Source: Clostridiaceae bacterium
GTDB taxonomy: Bacteria; Bacillota; Clostridia; Oscillospirales; Acutalibacteraceae
Reading direction: 5' to 3'
Assembly (NCBI GenBank): GCA_016282855.1
Contig: JAEELT010000106.1
Location: 4,703-68,702, forward strand
Length of the DNA: 64,000 bases
Below, in pieces: positions 45,454-55,025 of the stretch. How positions within the stretch are numbered: the stretch's first letter is position 1; each line of letters begins with the position of its first letter. Under the pieces are notes generated by a model. It did no database searches and was not told the origin of the DNA. It worked only from the letters and a program-made list of their open reading frames with translations. The position numbers were made by a program, and so were the translations under genes.

Positions 45454-45978
45454 ATGAAAAAGATACTTGCAATCGTTCTCGCAGTTGTTATGATCTTCTC
45501 AATGAGCGCTATCGCTTTTGCTGATGACACCGGTTCATCCGCTCCCGAGACCACAACTGCTGCTCCCGCAGTAAACTTCAACATTGCTGAGTCCATCAAC
45601 AACATCATCAACCAGATCGTAGCTGCTCTTCAGGGCGACGTTCTTGCTACCATCCAGGGTTACATTCAGCAGATCGTAAACGCTATTGAGGGTCTCCTTC
45701 CTCAGAGCGACGTTCTCGGTGCTGTTGCTGACCTCGAAGGCGCACTCGGCGGTCTTAACCTCGGCGGCGACCTCTTCAGCTATGTAAAGAACCTCATCAA
45801 CACCCTTAAGCAGAAGATTAAGGACTTCTACTGCCATGAGACTGAGACAGTCGTAGAAGAGACCGAAGCTGAAGCTCCTGTTGACACCGGTTCAACTTCC
45901 ATCGGCATCGTAGCTTTCGCTGCTGTTTCCGTAGCAGCCGCTGCAGCTTATGTTTGCACCAGAAAAAAGGAAGACTAA
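45454..45978 (+). CDS. Small secreted helical protein with sortase-like sorting signal (PVDTG)
   Basis: Signal peptide, amphipathic helices, PVDTG, hydrophobic helix, RKKED; strong codon bias. Confidence 0.82.
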   Translation: MKKILAIVLAVVMIFSMSAIAFADDTGSSAPETTTAAPAVNFNIAESINNIINQIVAALQGDVLATIQGYIQQIVNAIEGLLPQSDVLGAVADLEGALGGLNLGGDLFSYVKNLINTLKQKIKDFYCHETETVVEETEAEAPVDTGSTSIGIVAFAAVSVAAAAAYVCTRKKED

Positions 45979-46002
45979 TCAGATAATCTGATATAAAAAA
46001 TT

Positions 46003-46033
46003 CTCCGCATCGCAAGATGCGGAGGTTTTTTTT
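46003..46033 (+). terminator. Rho-independent terminator
   Basis: CTCCGCATC-GCAA-GATGCGGAG followed by a T run. Confidence 0.88.
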
Positions 46034-46090
46034 GCGCTTGGTAAAAACATGCCCGTACAACGCGTGACAGGGTTATATTGGCTGCAAAGC

Positions 46091-46119
46091 TTGACTTTAT
46101 ACGGAGCAGATATTATAAT
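46091..46119 (+). promoter_or_regulatory. Sigma-A promoter
   Basis: TTGACT-17 nt-TATAAT. Confidence 0.78.
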
Positions 46120-46156
46120 TCATACATAAAAAACCAGTTTGGATGAAGGTGATTCC

Positions 46157-47236
46157 ATGAAAACGGCGGGCAAAATCATATCAGCCCTGCTTGTTCTCTC
46201 ATTTGTTTTCACATTATGCGCCTGCACGCCCCCCGCGGAAAACACAGAGCCGGCAAATTCCGGCGAGAGGGAGATAAAAACCAATGTTGCGGTGCCTAAG
46301 GGTCCGCTCGGGATGGGCCTGGCAAAGCTCAAGGCAGACAAATCCTATGCCTATGATGTGAAATATTATGACAGCGTGCAGTATGTTGAGGACTGTATTA
46401 TTGACGGCTCTGCCGATATAGCCGTGCTGCCCATTGACCGTGCCGTTAATATTTATAACCGCACCGGCGGCGGAATCCGCATTATTGCGATAAATTCACT
46501 CGGCAACGGTCAGGTGCTTTACAGAGGCTCCAAAAAAATATCATCGGTTGACGACCTCAAGGATAAAACCGTTTACACCTCGGGTCAGGGTACAGTTTCT
46601 CAGTACGCAGCGGAGTATATCCTCTCTGAAAACGGAATAAAGCCCAAAAAGCTTAAATATGTCGATTCTTTTGATGAGCTTGTAACTATGGCGTCGGAAG
46701 GCAAAGCGGATTACTGCATCCTCCCCGAGCCTTACGCCACCGAGCTCAGGTACGCGACAAATCCGCTTGTAAACACCAAGGAGAGCACAACTCCCGAGCA
46801 GAAGAAAAAGGCGGAGAAAGATTTTCCCAAGGAAAAAAGATGGAAGAAGGGGCTCAGCCTTTCTGAGGAGTGGGAAAATATCACAGGCGAAAAATTCGCT
46901 TACGGCTGTGTAGTCGCAAAAACGGATTATATTGAAGCAAATCCCGATATCATTTCCGAATTTCTTATCTTTAACGAGGTGTCGGTAAACTGGATTAAGG
47001 CCTTTGATGACAGAGAGGGCACATACAACAATATCTATATCCTCCTTGAGCAGGATATTTATTCGGACAAAGCCCGGGCAGACTCCACCTTCAGATCAAG
47101 CAACGTAGTGTTTATTGAAAAAGAAGCGATGATGTCAGCGATTGACTCTACCCTGACCTCGCTTTATACCGTAGCGCCCGACCTGTTTGACGGCGATGAG
47201 GTGAAGGCCTCCGACATCTGCTTTACATACGAGTAA
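46157..47236 (+). CDS. ABC transporter substrate-binding lipoprotein (NitT/TauT/SsuA-like)
   Basis: Lipobox LCAC; KGPLGMGLAKL, GSADIAVLP, SVDDLKDKTV, ILPEPYAT; no permease or ATPase adjacent. Confidence 0.8.
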   Translation: MKTAGKIISALLVLSFVFTLCACTPPAENTEPANSGEREIKTNVAVPKGPLGMGLAKLKADKSYAYDVKYYDSVQYVEDCIIDGSADIAVLPIDRAVNIYNRTGGGIRIIAINSLGNGQVLYRGSKKISSVDDLKDKTVYTSGQGTVSQYAAEYILSENGIKPKKLKYVDSFDELVTMASEGKADYCILPEPYATELRYATNPLVNTKESTTPEQKKKAEKDFPKEKRWKKGLSLSEEWENITGEKFAYGCVVAKTDYIEANPDIISEFLIFNEVSVNWIKAFDDREGTYNNIYILLEQDIYSDKARADSTFRSSNVVFIEKEAMMSAIDSTLTSLYTVAPDLFDGDEVKASDICFTYE

Positions 47237-47248
47237 ACCGTAATACAC

Positions 47249-47276
47249 AAACGGCCGCTTTTAAGCGGCCGTTTTT
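47249..47276 (+). terminator. Rho-independent terminator
   Basis: AAACGGCCGCTT-TT-AAGCGGCCGTTTTT. Confidence 0.85.
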
Positions 47277-47304
47277 CCTTTTTCAGAGCGTCAAATATTT
47301 TTGC

Positions 47305-47333
47305 TTGTATTTATAAAAATAATATAGTATAAT
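47305..47333 (+). promoter_or_regulatory. Sigma-A promoter
   Basis: TTGTAT-17 nt-TATAAT. Confidence 0.65.
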
Positions 47334-47395
47334 TGCAACGAATGGGGCGCATTTACCCCACACCTTATTTCCGATAATATCAGGAGGTAAAAACC

Positions 47396-48334
47396 ATGAA
47401 GAAAATTCTTGCAATCTTACTTGCTCTTTCAATGCTCGCGATGTTTGCGGCCTGCGGAGCAAAGAACGCACCCGAAACCACTTCAGCTGAAGAGACCGAG
47501 TCAATCTCCGAGACTGCCGAAGCAACAGAAGCTACTGACGAAGTAACCGAAGAGCCCGCAACAGAGGCAACCTCAGAGGATGCTTCCGCATCCGAGGCAG
47601 ACACCACTGCCGCCCCCACCGAAGCAGCTTCCGAGACCGAATCCTCCGCCGAAGCTACAGAAGCTGAGACCGAGAGCACAACAGAGGCTCCCAAGGCTCC
47701 CAAGACCAAGGAAGAAATCGTTGCTTACTTCAATGAAGCATCCAATAAAGTCAAGACAGACGCCAAGTCCGCCACCAGACAGTATTCAAAGATTTCTCTT
47801 AACGGCGGCACAACCCTTCCTTCATCCCTTAACACAATCCTCAAAATACTCGGCGGTGCTGATAAATTCATAGGCGACCAGCTCGCAAAGAACAGCAAGA
47901 ACGATCCTGAAACCTTCACCGGTGCACAGATCAAGGCGACTTACCCGGTTGAGGGCGAGAGCTATGTTTCAAAGCTCACCGCAGCCGATGTAAAGAGCGC
48001 TACCTGCACCGAGCAGAACGGCAAGTATGTCATCACCATCACCACTGTTGAAGACGGCAAGTCCGACAGCATCAAGCACGGCCAGGGCCACGCTCCCAAG
48101 GCTTTCAACGTTGTTCTTCCCGGCGTTGTCAATGACAATATACCCGGCGCTGCTGCAGGTATCGTAGGCACAGCCACAATGAACTACCCCTCAAGCACCG
48201 TAAAGGTTGTTATCGACCCCGCAACAGGTCACGTTGAGTCCGCGGTTTATGATCTTTACTGGACCATAAACTTCGACAAGGTAGGAGCAATCCTTCCCTT
48301 CCACACTTCTGATTCATGGGCCGTCAAATATTGA
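47396..48334 (+). CDS. Uncharacterised lipoprotein with acidic Ala/Thr/Glu linker (paralog of 60121-61029)
   Basis: Lipobox FAAC, E/T/A/S linker, globular domain starting PKTKEEIVAYFNEA. Confidence 0.85.
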   Translation: MKKILAILLALSMLAMFAACGAKNAPETTSAEETESISETAEATEATDEVTEEPATEATSEDASASEADTTAAPTEAASETESSAEATEAETESTTEAPKAPKTKEEIVAYFNEASNKVKTDAKSATRQYSKISLNGGTTLPSSLNTILKILGGADKFIGDQLAKNSKNDPETFTGAQIKATYPVEGESYVSKLTAADVKSATCTEQNGKYVITITTVEDGKSDSIKHGQGHAPKAFNVVLPGVVNDNIPGAAAGIVGTATMNYPSSTVKVVIDPATGHVESAVYDLYWTINFDKVGAILPFHTSDSWAVKY

Positions 48335-48353
48335 TTGACAAGGAGTGTTCGCA

Positions 48354-48926
48354 ATGAAAAAAGAAGTCCTTGTTGAGACAAGCGCAAGACACGTTCACGT
48401 TACAAGAGAAGCTCTTGACATTCTCTTCGGAGAGGGCTATGAGCTCACCAAGAAAAAAGATTTATCTCAGCCCGGTCAGTTCGCGAGCAACGAGAGAGTC
48501 GCGGTTGTAGGCACCAAAGGCCAGTTCCCCGCGGTTTCCATTCTCGGCCCCATCAGACCCGACTGCCAGGTAGAGCTTTCACTCACCGATGCCCGCTCAA
48601 TCGGCGTTGACGCTCCCATCAGGGAGAGCGGCGACGTCGCCGGCTCAGGCGCCTGCAAGCTTGTGGGCCCCTGCGGCGAGGTTGAGCTTTCACAGGGCGT
48701 TATTACCGCTCAGAGGCACATTCACGCCACTCCCGAGGATGCCGAGAAATACGGCCTTAAGGATAAGCAGATTGTTGCCGTAAAAATCGAGAGCGAAGGC
48801 CGCTCACTCATATTTGACGATGTTATAGTCAGAGTGAGCCCCAAATACGCGCTTGCGATGCACATTGACACAGACGAGTCAAACGCCGCGTGCGCCAAGC
48901 CCGGCATGATGGGCGAAATTCTTTGA
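48354..48926 (+). CDS. pduL: Phosphate propanoyltransferase / phosphotransacylase
   Basis: SARHVHVT, LSQPGQFA, LGPIR, QVELSLTD, RESGD, AQRHIH, MHIDTDESNA. Confidence 0.93.
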   Translation: MKKEVLVETSARHVHVTREALDILFGEGYELTKKKDLSQPGQFASNERVAVVGTKGQFPAVSILGPIRPDCQVELSLTDARSIGVDAPIRESGDVAGSGACKLVGPCGEVELSQGVITAQRHIHATPEDAEKYGLKDKQIVAVKIESEGRSLIFDDVIVRVSPKYALAMHIDTDESNAACAKPGMMGEIL

Positions 48927-48938
48927 GTTTTATCAGAC

Positions 48939-48975
48939 AATACGGGCTGCTGCATACCGCGGCAGTCCGTATTTT
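48939..48975 (+). terminator. Hairpin/terminator after pduL
   Basis: AATACGGGCTGCTGC...GCGGCAGTCCGTATTTT. Confidence 0.7.
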
Positions 48976-48991
48976 ACAGTGAGGTACCTAT

Positions 48992-50311
48992 ATGCTTTCT
49001 TTTACCAATTTCGGAAGAACTGTTCTTGCAAAAATAGTTGCTTCCCTTTATGTTATTACGAGCGTGCTGTTTGCGGGCTTTCCTGTATCCGCCGGAGAGG
49101 ACCCGGTTACTCCCGCGGATTTCACCCCGGTTATCCGCTTTGCCGTGTGCAGCGATATTCATTTAAACGGCGAGCAGGATCAGCCCGAAGCAGCGAGACT
49201 CAAAAAGCTGATTGATTTTATGTATGATTATTCCTCTTCTCAGCCCTACCCCTGCTTTGACGCGCTTGTGTGTGTCGGGGATGTGGCAACAACGGGCTAC
49301 GAAAAGGAATATGAAATGTTTAACAGCATCATCGCCGAAAAGCTCAGGGATGAAACTCAGCTGATGATATGCACGGGCAACCACGAATATATCGCGACCA
49401 GGGACTATGACGCCTCAGAGAGCGCGCGCCTTTTTGAAAAAATGGAGGGCGAGCTCGACACGCATTACGCAATCAACGGCTATCATTTCATCCTCGCTTC
49501 TTATGATGATAACGGCAAGACCTTCTCGGGCAAGCTTGACTGGCTCGATGAGCAGATAAAGCAGGCAGAGGCGGAATCAGCCGACAAGCCGGTACTTGTG
49601 TTTCAGCATCCCGGTCCGTTTGCAACCGTTTATGGCAGCATCAACTGGGGAGATTTTGACCTTAACAAAGTGCTTATGAAGCACCCTCGCGTTGTGGATT
49701 TCTCCGGCCATTCACATTACCCGGTAAATGACCCGCGCACTCTGTGGCAGGGCAACTACACCGCCCTGGGCTGCGGCACTCTCAGCTACTTTGAGACCGA
49801 GCTTGACGCCATAGCCGGCAACTTCCCATACGAGGTTGAAAATGCCGCTCAGTTTTACATTGTTGAAGGGGATAAGGACGGTAACCTGCGCATAAGGCCC
49901 TATGACCTTATCACCGACAGCTTCTTTGACAATGAGTATTATCTGACGGGCCTTGCGAAAAAGAACTTTGACTACACCTATCTCAAGAGAAAAAAGAGAG
50001 ATACAGCCCCCGTCTGGCCCGAAAGCACAGCCTTTGAGACCCGCGTTAATGAAGAGGGCGAAACCCTGCTCACATTCACGGGAGCCACGGACAAATACGT
50101 GGTGGAGAGCTACAAGCTCAGCGTTACGGAAAACGGGATTCCCGTATTCTCAGACAATTTCTCGGGCAAATATATGTATCTTTATGAGCCGAATGAGTAT
50201 GAGGTGAACCTCGGCAAGCTTAAAGAGGGCAGAAAGTACAGCGCGCAGATAGTTGCCCTTAACGCTTATGCCGAGACCTCGGCTCCCTTCAGCTTCAGCT
50301 TTACTGCGTGA
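48992..50311 (+). CDS. Exported metallophosphoesterase with C-terminal Fn3-like domain
   Basis: Hydrophobic N-terminus; SDIH, VGD, GNHE, FQH, SGHSH. Confidence 0.85.
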   Translation: MLSFTNFGRTVLAKIVASLYVITSVLFAGFPVSAGEDPVTPADFTPVIRFAVCSDIHLNGEQDQPEAARLKKLIDFMYDYSSSQPYPCFDALVCVGDVATTGYEKEYEMFNSIIAEKLRDETQLMICTGNHEYIATRDYDASESARLFEKMEGELDTHYAINGYHFILASYDDNGKTFSGKLDWLDEQIKQAEAESADKPVLVFQHPGPFATVYGSINWGDFDLNKVLMKHPRVVDFSGHSHYPVNDPRTLWQGNYTALGCGTLSYFETELDAIAGNFPYEVENAAQFYIVEGDKDGNLRIRPYDLITDSFFDNEYYLTGLAKKNFDYTYLKRKKRDTAPVWPESTAFETRVNEEGETLLTFTGATDKYVVESYKLSVTENGIPVFSDNFSGKYMYLYEPNEYEVNLGKLKEGRKYSAQIVALNAYAETSAPFSFSFTA

Positions 50312-50320
50312 GAGGTTAAT

Positions 50321-50989
50321 ATGGATATAAAAAATATTCTTTCAAAATGCGATCATACTTTGCTTGCCCCGCAGGCGACCCTTGCCGAAATATACGCGCT
50401 TTGCGATGACGCCGTGAAATACGGCACGGCGAGCGTGTGCATACCCGCTTCATATGTGAAGGCCGCAAAAGAGAAATACGGCGGCAAGCTCACAATATGC
50501 ACCGTAATCGGCTTCCCCTGCGGTTACTCCACCGCCGCCGCAAAGTGTTTTGAAGCGGCAGATGCCGTCAAAAACGGCGCGGATGAAATCGATATGGTGA
50601 TTAACATAGGCAAAGTCAAGGACGGCGACTATGATTTTGTGCTTGATGAGATCAGGCAGGTCAAAGCCGCCTGCGGCGGGAAACTGCTCAAGGTGATAAT
50701 TGAAACCTGCCTGCTCACCGATGACGAAAAAAAGGAAATGTGCCGTGTTGTCTCCGAAAGCGGAGCGGAATATATAAAAACGTCAACCGGCTTTTCAACC
50801 GGCGGCGCTACTTTTGACGATGTGAAGCTCTTTGCCGATAATGTCGCCCCGCACCTTAAAATCAAGGCGGCGGGAGGCATTTCAAGCCTTGAGGATGCCG
50901 AAAGATTCATTTCTCTCGGAGCGTCGAGGCTCGGCACAAGCAGAGTGGTAAAAGCGGTAAAAGCTCTTGAAAAGGAGAATGCTCAATGA
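50321..50989 (+). CDS. deoC: Deoxyribose-phosphate aldolase
   Basis: [49 protein letters not shown]. Confidence 0.97.
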   Translation: MDIKNILSKCDHTLLAPQATLAEIYALCDDAVKYGTASVCIPASYVKAAKEKYGGKLTICTVIGFPCGYSTAAAKCFEAADAVKNGADEIDMVINIGKVKDGDYDFVLDEIRQVKAACGGKLLKVIIETCLLTDDEKKEMCRVVSESGAEYIKTSTGFSTGGATFDDVKLFADNVAPHLKIKAAGGISSLEDAERFISLGASRLGTSRVVKAVKALEKENAQ

Positions 50990-51735
50990 GCGCAAACACA
51001 CCTCATATTAACCTGCTCAGCGACATTGGATTTGCCAAAACCGTGCTTATGCCCGGCGACCCTCTCAGGGCCGGATTCATTGCCGAAAACTACCTTGAAA
51101 ATGCCGTGCCCGTAAACAATGTCAGGGGCGTAAACGGCTTTACCGGCACATATAAGGGCACAAAGGTTTCCGTTATGGCGAGCGGTATGGGTATGCCGTC
51201 AATCGGAATATACAGCTATGAGCTTTATAAATTTTTCTCAGTGCAGAATATAATCAGAGTCGGCTCGGCAGGCTCGCTTTCCGCGGAATGCGCTCTGCGC
51301 GACATTGTGGCGGGCATTTCCGCCTGCACCGATTCATCCTACGCAAACCAGTATTTGCTAAACGGCACTGCGGCCCCGACCTGCAGTTACGACCTTCTCA
51401 CCCTGGCGCACACTGCCGCGAGGGAAAAGGGCACGCAGCTTAAAACCGGACCGCTGTTTTCAACCGATGTTTTCTACAACGACGCCGGCAGCACCCTCGA
51501 GTGGGCAAAGCTCGGCTGCCTTGCGGTGGAAATGGAGTCGGCGGCGCTTTACCTTAACGCCATGCGCCTTGGTAAAAGGGCGCTCACAATATGCACAATA
51601 TCGGATTTGTGCTATCCGCCTTATGACGAGCTGGACGCCCTTGCGAGGCAGGAGAGCTTCACAGAAATGATGGAGCTCGCGCTCGGCACAGCAGTGCTTG
51701 CCGAAGAATTGCCCGCCCTCGAGGTGAGAGAATGA
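50986..51735 (+). CDS. deoD: Purine nucleoside phosphorylase (hexameric type)
   Basis: [43 protein letters not shown]. Confidence 0.95.
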   Translation: MSANTPHINLLSDIGFAKTVLMPGDPLRAGFIAENYLENAVPVNNVRGVNGFTGTYKGTKVSVMASGMGMPSIGIYSYELYKFFSVQNIIRVGSAGSLSAECALRDIVAGISACTDSSYANQYLLNGTAAPTCSYDLLTLAHTAAREKGTQLKTGPLFSTDVFYNDAGSTLEWAKLGCLAVEMESAALYLNAMRLGKRALTICTISDLCYPPYDELDALARQESFTEMMELALGTAVLAEELPALEVRE

Positions 51736-52133
51736 CAGACAGAGAACTTGTGAGGCTTGCGCTTGACGCTTGCGAAAACGCCTACGCGCCCTATTCCGGC
51801 TGCAGGGTCGGCGCGGCGCTGCTCACGCCGGGCGGCAAAGTATATACCGGGTGCAACATAGAGAACTCCTCCTTCGGAGCAACGGTCTGCGCCGAAAGAA
51901 CGGCTCTTTTCAAGGCAGTCAGCGAAGGGGAGAGGGAGTTTGAGAAAATCGCCGTCGCGGGAATAAAAGAGGGTGAGGATATAACCTTTTATCCCTGCGG
52001 AATCTGCCGCCAGGTGCTTTCGGAATTCTGCGGCGAGAATTTCATAATCATAAGCGCAAAAAGCGAAAATGATTACACCGCAAACACTCTCGGAGAATTA
52101 CTGAAAAACAGTTTCAGCCTGCGAAAGGATTAA
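51732..52133 (+). CDS. cdd: Cytidine deaminase (homotetrameric)
   Basis: AYAPYS, GCNIEN, CAERTA, PCGICRQ. Confidence 0.96.
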   Translation: MTDRELVRLALDACENAYAPYSGCRVGAALLTPGGKVYTGCNIENSSFGATVCAERTALFKAVSEGEREFEKIAVAGIKEGEDITFYPCGICRQVLSEFCGENFIIISAKSENDYTANTLGELLKNSFSLRKD

Positions 52134-52160
52134 TTATAGCCCCGCATACATATAAAAACA

Positions 52161-52206
52161 TCACCCCGCACATCGGATTGACCGTTTATGCGGGGTGAAT
52201 TTTTTT
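52161..52206. terminator. Bidirectional terminator
   Basis: TCACCCCGCA...TGCGGGGTGA followed by a T run, between convergent genes. Confidence 0.78.
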
Positions 52207-52228
52207 GCTTAAATCGTCAGACTCCTGT

Positions 52229-53146
52229 TTATTTCAGGAAACCGCTTATGATTATTTCCTCGGCCTCTTCCTCTGTCAGGCCGAAGGTCATAAGCTTCAC
52301 AAGCTGGTCGTTGTTGATTCTGCCTATTGCCGCCTCGTGAATAATCTGGGCATAGGCGCTGTTGGCGGTAATGCCGGGAATTGAGCTTACGGTAGCGTTA
52401 TCCATTATTATGGAGTCGCACTGCACGTGGGCGCGGCACTTGTCATTGCCCACGGCGTTATAGTAGAACACCTGCTTTGAGCTGTCCTTGGCAACGGTGC
52501 GGGAGATTATCTGCGCGGAGGAATCGGCGCCGTTGAGCCGGACCTCTATGTTGGAGAGTGCTTCCTGCTTTCCGTGGGTGAGCAGGCGCTCGGTTACAAT
52601 CAGCTTTGCTCCCGCGGCGAGGGATGCCTTTGTGTCGCGCTTAGTGGAGTCAACGCCTTTTATCTGCACCATTTCCATTTCGCACACGGAGTTTTCACCC
52701 TGCTCCACGGCCGTTACGGGGTTGAGTATCCTTTCGCCGAGACCGTCGCCCTCCCCGTAATGCTTCTCCACATATTTCACGTGGGCGTTTTTGCCTATAT
52801 GGAAGGTGTGAATGCCGTCGTGTTGGCTTTTGCTGTCGCCTGAATTATGTATGCCGCAGCCTGCGACTATGAGCACATCCGCCCCGTCGCCGATATAAAA
52901 ATCGTTGTAAACAAGGTCGTCTATACCGGTCTGTGTGATAATCACGGGTATGTGCACGCTTTCGTTCACCGTGCCCGGCGCAACTATGATATCAATGCCG
53001 GGCTTGTCCGTCTTGGGTCTTATTTCGATATTCGCGGTGGAGCGCCTTGAGAGCCCTTCGCCGTTTTTTCTTATGTTATAAGCGCCCATGGGTATGTCGT
53101 GCATGCCGGCTATTTCCTGAAGAAGGAGAGAATCAAGCTTTTCCAT
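52229..53146 (-). CDS. Short SufB/SufD-family Fe-S scaffold protein (SmsB-like)
   Basis: Beta-helix repeats, CRAHVQCDS, HEAAIGRI..QLVKLMTFGLTEEEA. Confidence 0.88.
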   Translation of the reverse strand: MEKLDSLLLQEIAGMHDIPMGAYNIRKNGEGLSRRSTANIEIRPKTDKPGIDIIVAPGTVNESVHIPVIITQTGIDDLVYNDFYIGDGADVLIVAGCGIHNSGDSKSQHDGIHTFHIGKNAHVKYVEKHYGEGDGLGERILNPVTAVEQGENSVCEMEMVQIKGVDSTKRDTKASLAAGAKLIVTERLLTHGKQEALSNIEVRLNGADSSAQIISRTVAKDSSKQVFYYNAVGNDKCRAHVQCDSIIMDNATVSSIPGITANSAYAQIIHEAAIGRINNDQLVKLMTFGLTEEEAEEIIISGFLK

Positions 53147-53876
53147 CTGCGTTCTCCTTTCCTCTGAAGTCGCACTCCTGATTGAATTCGCCCATAAGCG
53201 TGGGCAGGACCTCCTCTTTGGTGCCCTGATTTTTAAGCCTGCCGTCTGCTATGACTATCATATTGTCGGCAAGGTCCATTATTCTTTCCTGGTGTGAAAT
53301 TACGAGCACGCTGTTGTGCCTGCCGCTGCTCATCGCCCTGAAGCTCTTGACAAGCATGGAAAAGCTCCACAGATCGATTCCCGCCTCGGGCTCGTCAAAA
53401 ATCGCGAGACCGAGGTTTCTTGCCATAAGGGTTGCGATTTCAATTCTTTTTGCCTCGCCGCCGGAGAGGGAGGCGTCCATCTCGCGGTTGAGGTAATCCT
53501 TTGAGCACAGACCGACCCCGGTAAGGTAGCTGCAGCACTCATCCTCCGGCAGAGTCGCGCCCGCCGCGAGCGAGAGCAGGCGGCGCACGGTGAGCCCCTT
53601 GAATCTCGGGGGCTGCTGAAACGCGTAGCCTATGCCTTTCTTTGCCCTTTCGGTAACGGACAGGGGAGTGATATCCTCGCCGTTATAAATTATTTTACCC
53701 GAGGTGGGCTTTTCTATGCCCATAATGAGCTTTGCAAGTGTTGATTTTCCTCCGCCGTTCGGCCCCGTTATCACGGTAAATGAGCCGTCGGCAACCGTGA
53801 GGGAAACATCGTCGATTATTTCGAGCTTTCCGGCGTCTGTGTCAACGCCGAAGCTGATGTTCTGAAGTTCCAGCAT
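53133..53876 (-). CDS. SufC-like ABC ATPase (SmsC-like)
   Basis: GPNGGGKSTL, AFQQPPRF, LSGGEAKRIEI, FDEPEAGID, ISHQ; overlaps the SufBD gene. Confidence 0.88.
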   Translation of the reverse strand: MLELQNISFGVDTDAGKLEIIDDVSLTVADGSFTVITGPNGGGKSTLAKLIMGIEKPTSGKIIYNGEDITPLSVTERAKKGIGYAFQQPPRFKGLTVRRLLSLAAGATLPEDECCSYLTGVGLCSKDYLNREMDASLSGGEAKRIEIATLMARNLGLAIFDEPEAGIDLWSFSMLVKSFRAMSSGRHNSVLVISHQERIMDLADNMIVIADGRLKNQGTKEEVLPTLMGEFNQECDFRGKENADGKA

Positions 53877-53899
53877 AGTTATCCTTTCAGTGTGTATAT

Positions 53900-55000
53900 T
53901 CAGTCTTCCGTATCCCGCCGCTTACTGTCATCATCGTTACCGCCGGTGCCGCCTGAGTCTTTGCTGCGCACCGCCGCCACGCCTATCGCGCCGAAAAGCA
54001 CAAGAGCCGCCGCGCCTGCGGTTATTTTCATAAGCGAGCTTGCGGGGAGATTTTTTATATCAAACGCGGCACTGCCCACGGATGCCCCGGTCTGAGGATT
54101 ATCCGGCACGGTTACGGTAACGGTGTAAATGACGGTGACCGTTTCGGGCGCGGGCGCGGCTGCGCGCGTGGTTTTGGAGCCTGAGCTTTTTGATGATTTG
54201 GCCTTGGTCGTTTTTGCTTTTGTTGTTTTTTCTTTTGCGGTCTTTTCTTTTGTTGTTTTCTCTTTTGTGGTTTTTTCCGGCGCTTCTTCGGAAGCCGCTA
54301 TTGCAGCCCAGTTATATGTGGTGCGTGGTTTCGCGGTGGTCTGCACACGGCTGGTGGATATCGTGAGCTTTGTGGTTGTGGGTATTGTTGCCCTGTGCCT
54401 CTTTGTGGTGGTTTCTTTTGATGAAGAGCCTGTACCGGCCGGGCTTTCCGGCGAGGTGCCGGCCTCATAGGTCAGGAATGAAAAATCGCTGTATGATGTG
54501 GATTTGTCTTCGCTGTCATAAAACTGCGCCGCTCCACCGACAGAGTACGGCAGGTCTCTTTTGTATATTACTCTGACTTCACAGAAGAACTGCTTGTCCC
54601 TGACCCCGTCGTCACCCGCGACATTCATCGCGGCATCCACAGAGTAATCTTCGGTGTCGGAGTTATACAAGGCTGAGTATTCCCCGTCCGGAGAAATAAT
54701 ATCGTCCTTCAGCGTAAGTTCACCGGCCGAAAAGAGATTAAGTTTTATGCCGTGAGCGTTGACAGCGGCAAAAAGGTAATATACGATACCGTTTTCATAG
54801 TCAACGGCGCATTTCATATGTGCCTGGGTTACCTTCGTGTTAGGGCTGCTGACAAAGAGTATGTTGTCTTCACAGCCGTTCCACTCCGAACCCTTTGCGT
54901 TGCCGTCAACCCTGATATCCGGCGAGCCGGATTTGGCGAAAGCGGCTATCGTATTCAGTATTATAAGCAGTAAGGCAAGCGCTGTTATTGCTTTTTTCAT
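53900..55000 (-). CDS. Hypothetical exported protein with Thr/Lys-rich stalk and C-terminal TM helix
   Basis: Signal peptide, KTTKE repeats, NPQTG, TM helix AAALVLFGAIGVAAV. Confidence 0.75.
   Translation of the reverse strand: MKKAITALALLLIILNTIAAFAKSGSPDIRVDGNAKGSEWNGCEDNILFVSSPNTKVTQAHMKCAVDYENGIVYYLFAAVNAHGIKLNLFSAGELTLKDDIISPDGEYSALYNSDTEDYSVDAAMNVAGDDGVRDKQFFCEVRVIYKRDLPYSVGGAAQFYDSEDKSTSYSDFSFLTYEAGTSPESPAGTGSSSKETTTKRHRATIPTTTKLTISTSRVQTTAKPRTTYNWAAIAASEEAPEKTTKEKTTKEKTAKEKTTKAKTTKAKSSKSSGSKTTRAAAPAPETVTVIYTVTVTVPDNPQTGASVGSAAFDIKNLPASSLMKITAGAAALVLFGAIGVAAVRSKDSGGTGGNDDDSKRRDTED
54200..54278 (-). repeat. Degenerate 15-bp coding tandem repeat (KTTKE/KTTKA, about 5 copies)
   Basis: Repeated ttttgttgttttt(c/g)-type units on the plus strand. 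Confidence 0.7.
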
Positions 55001-55025
55001 CTGTGTCACTCCGGATGGGGCTGTG

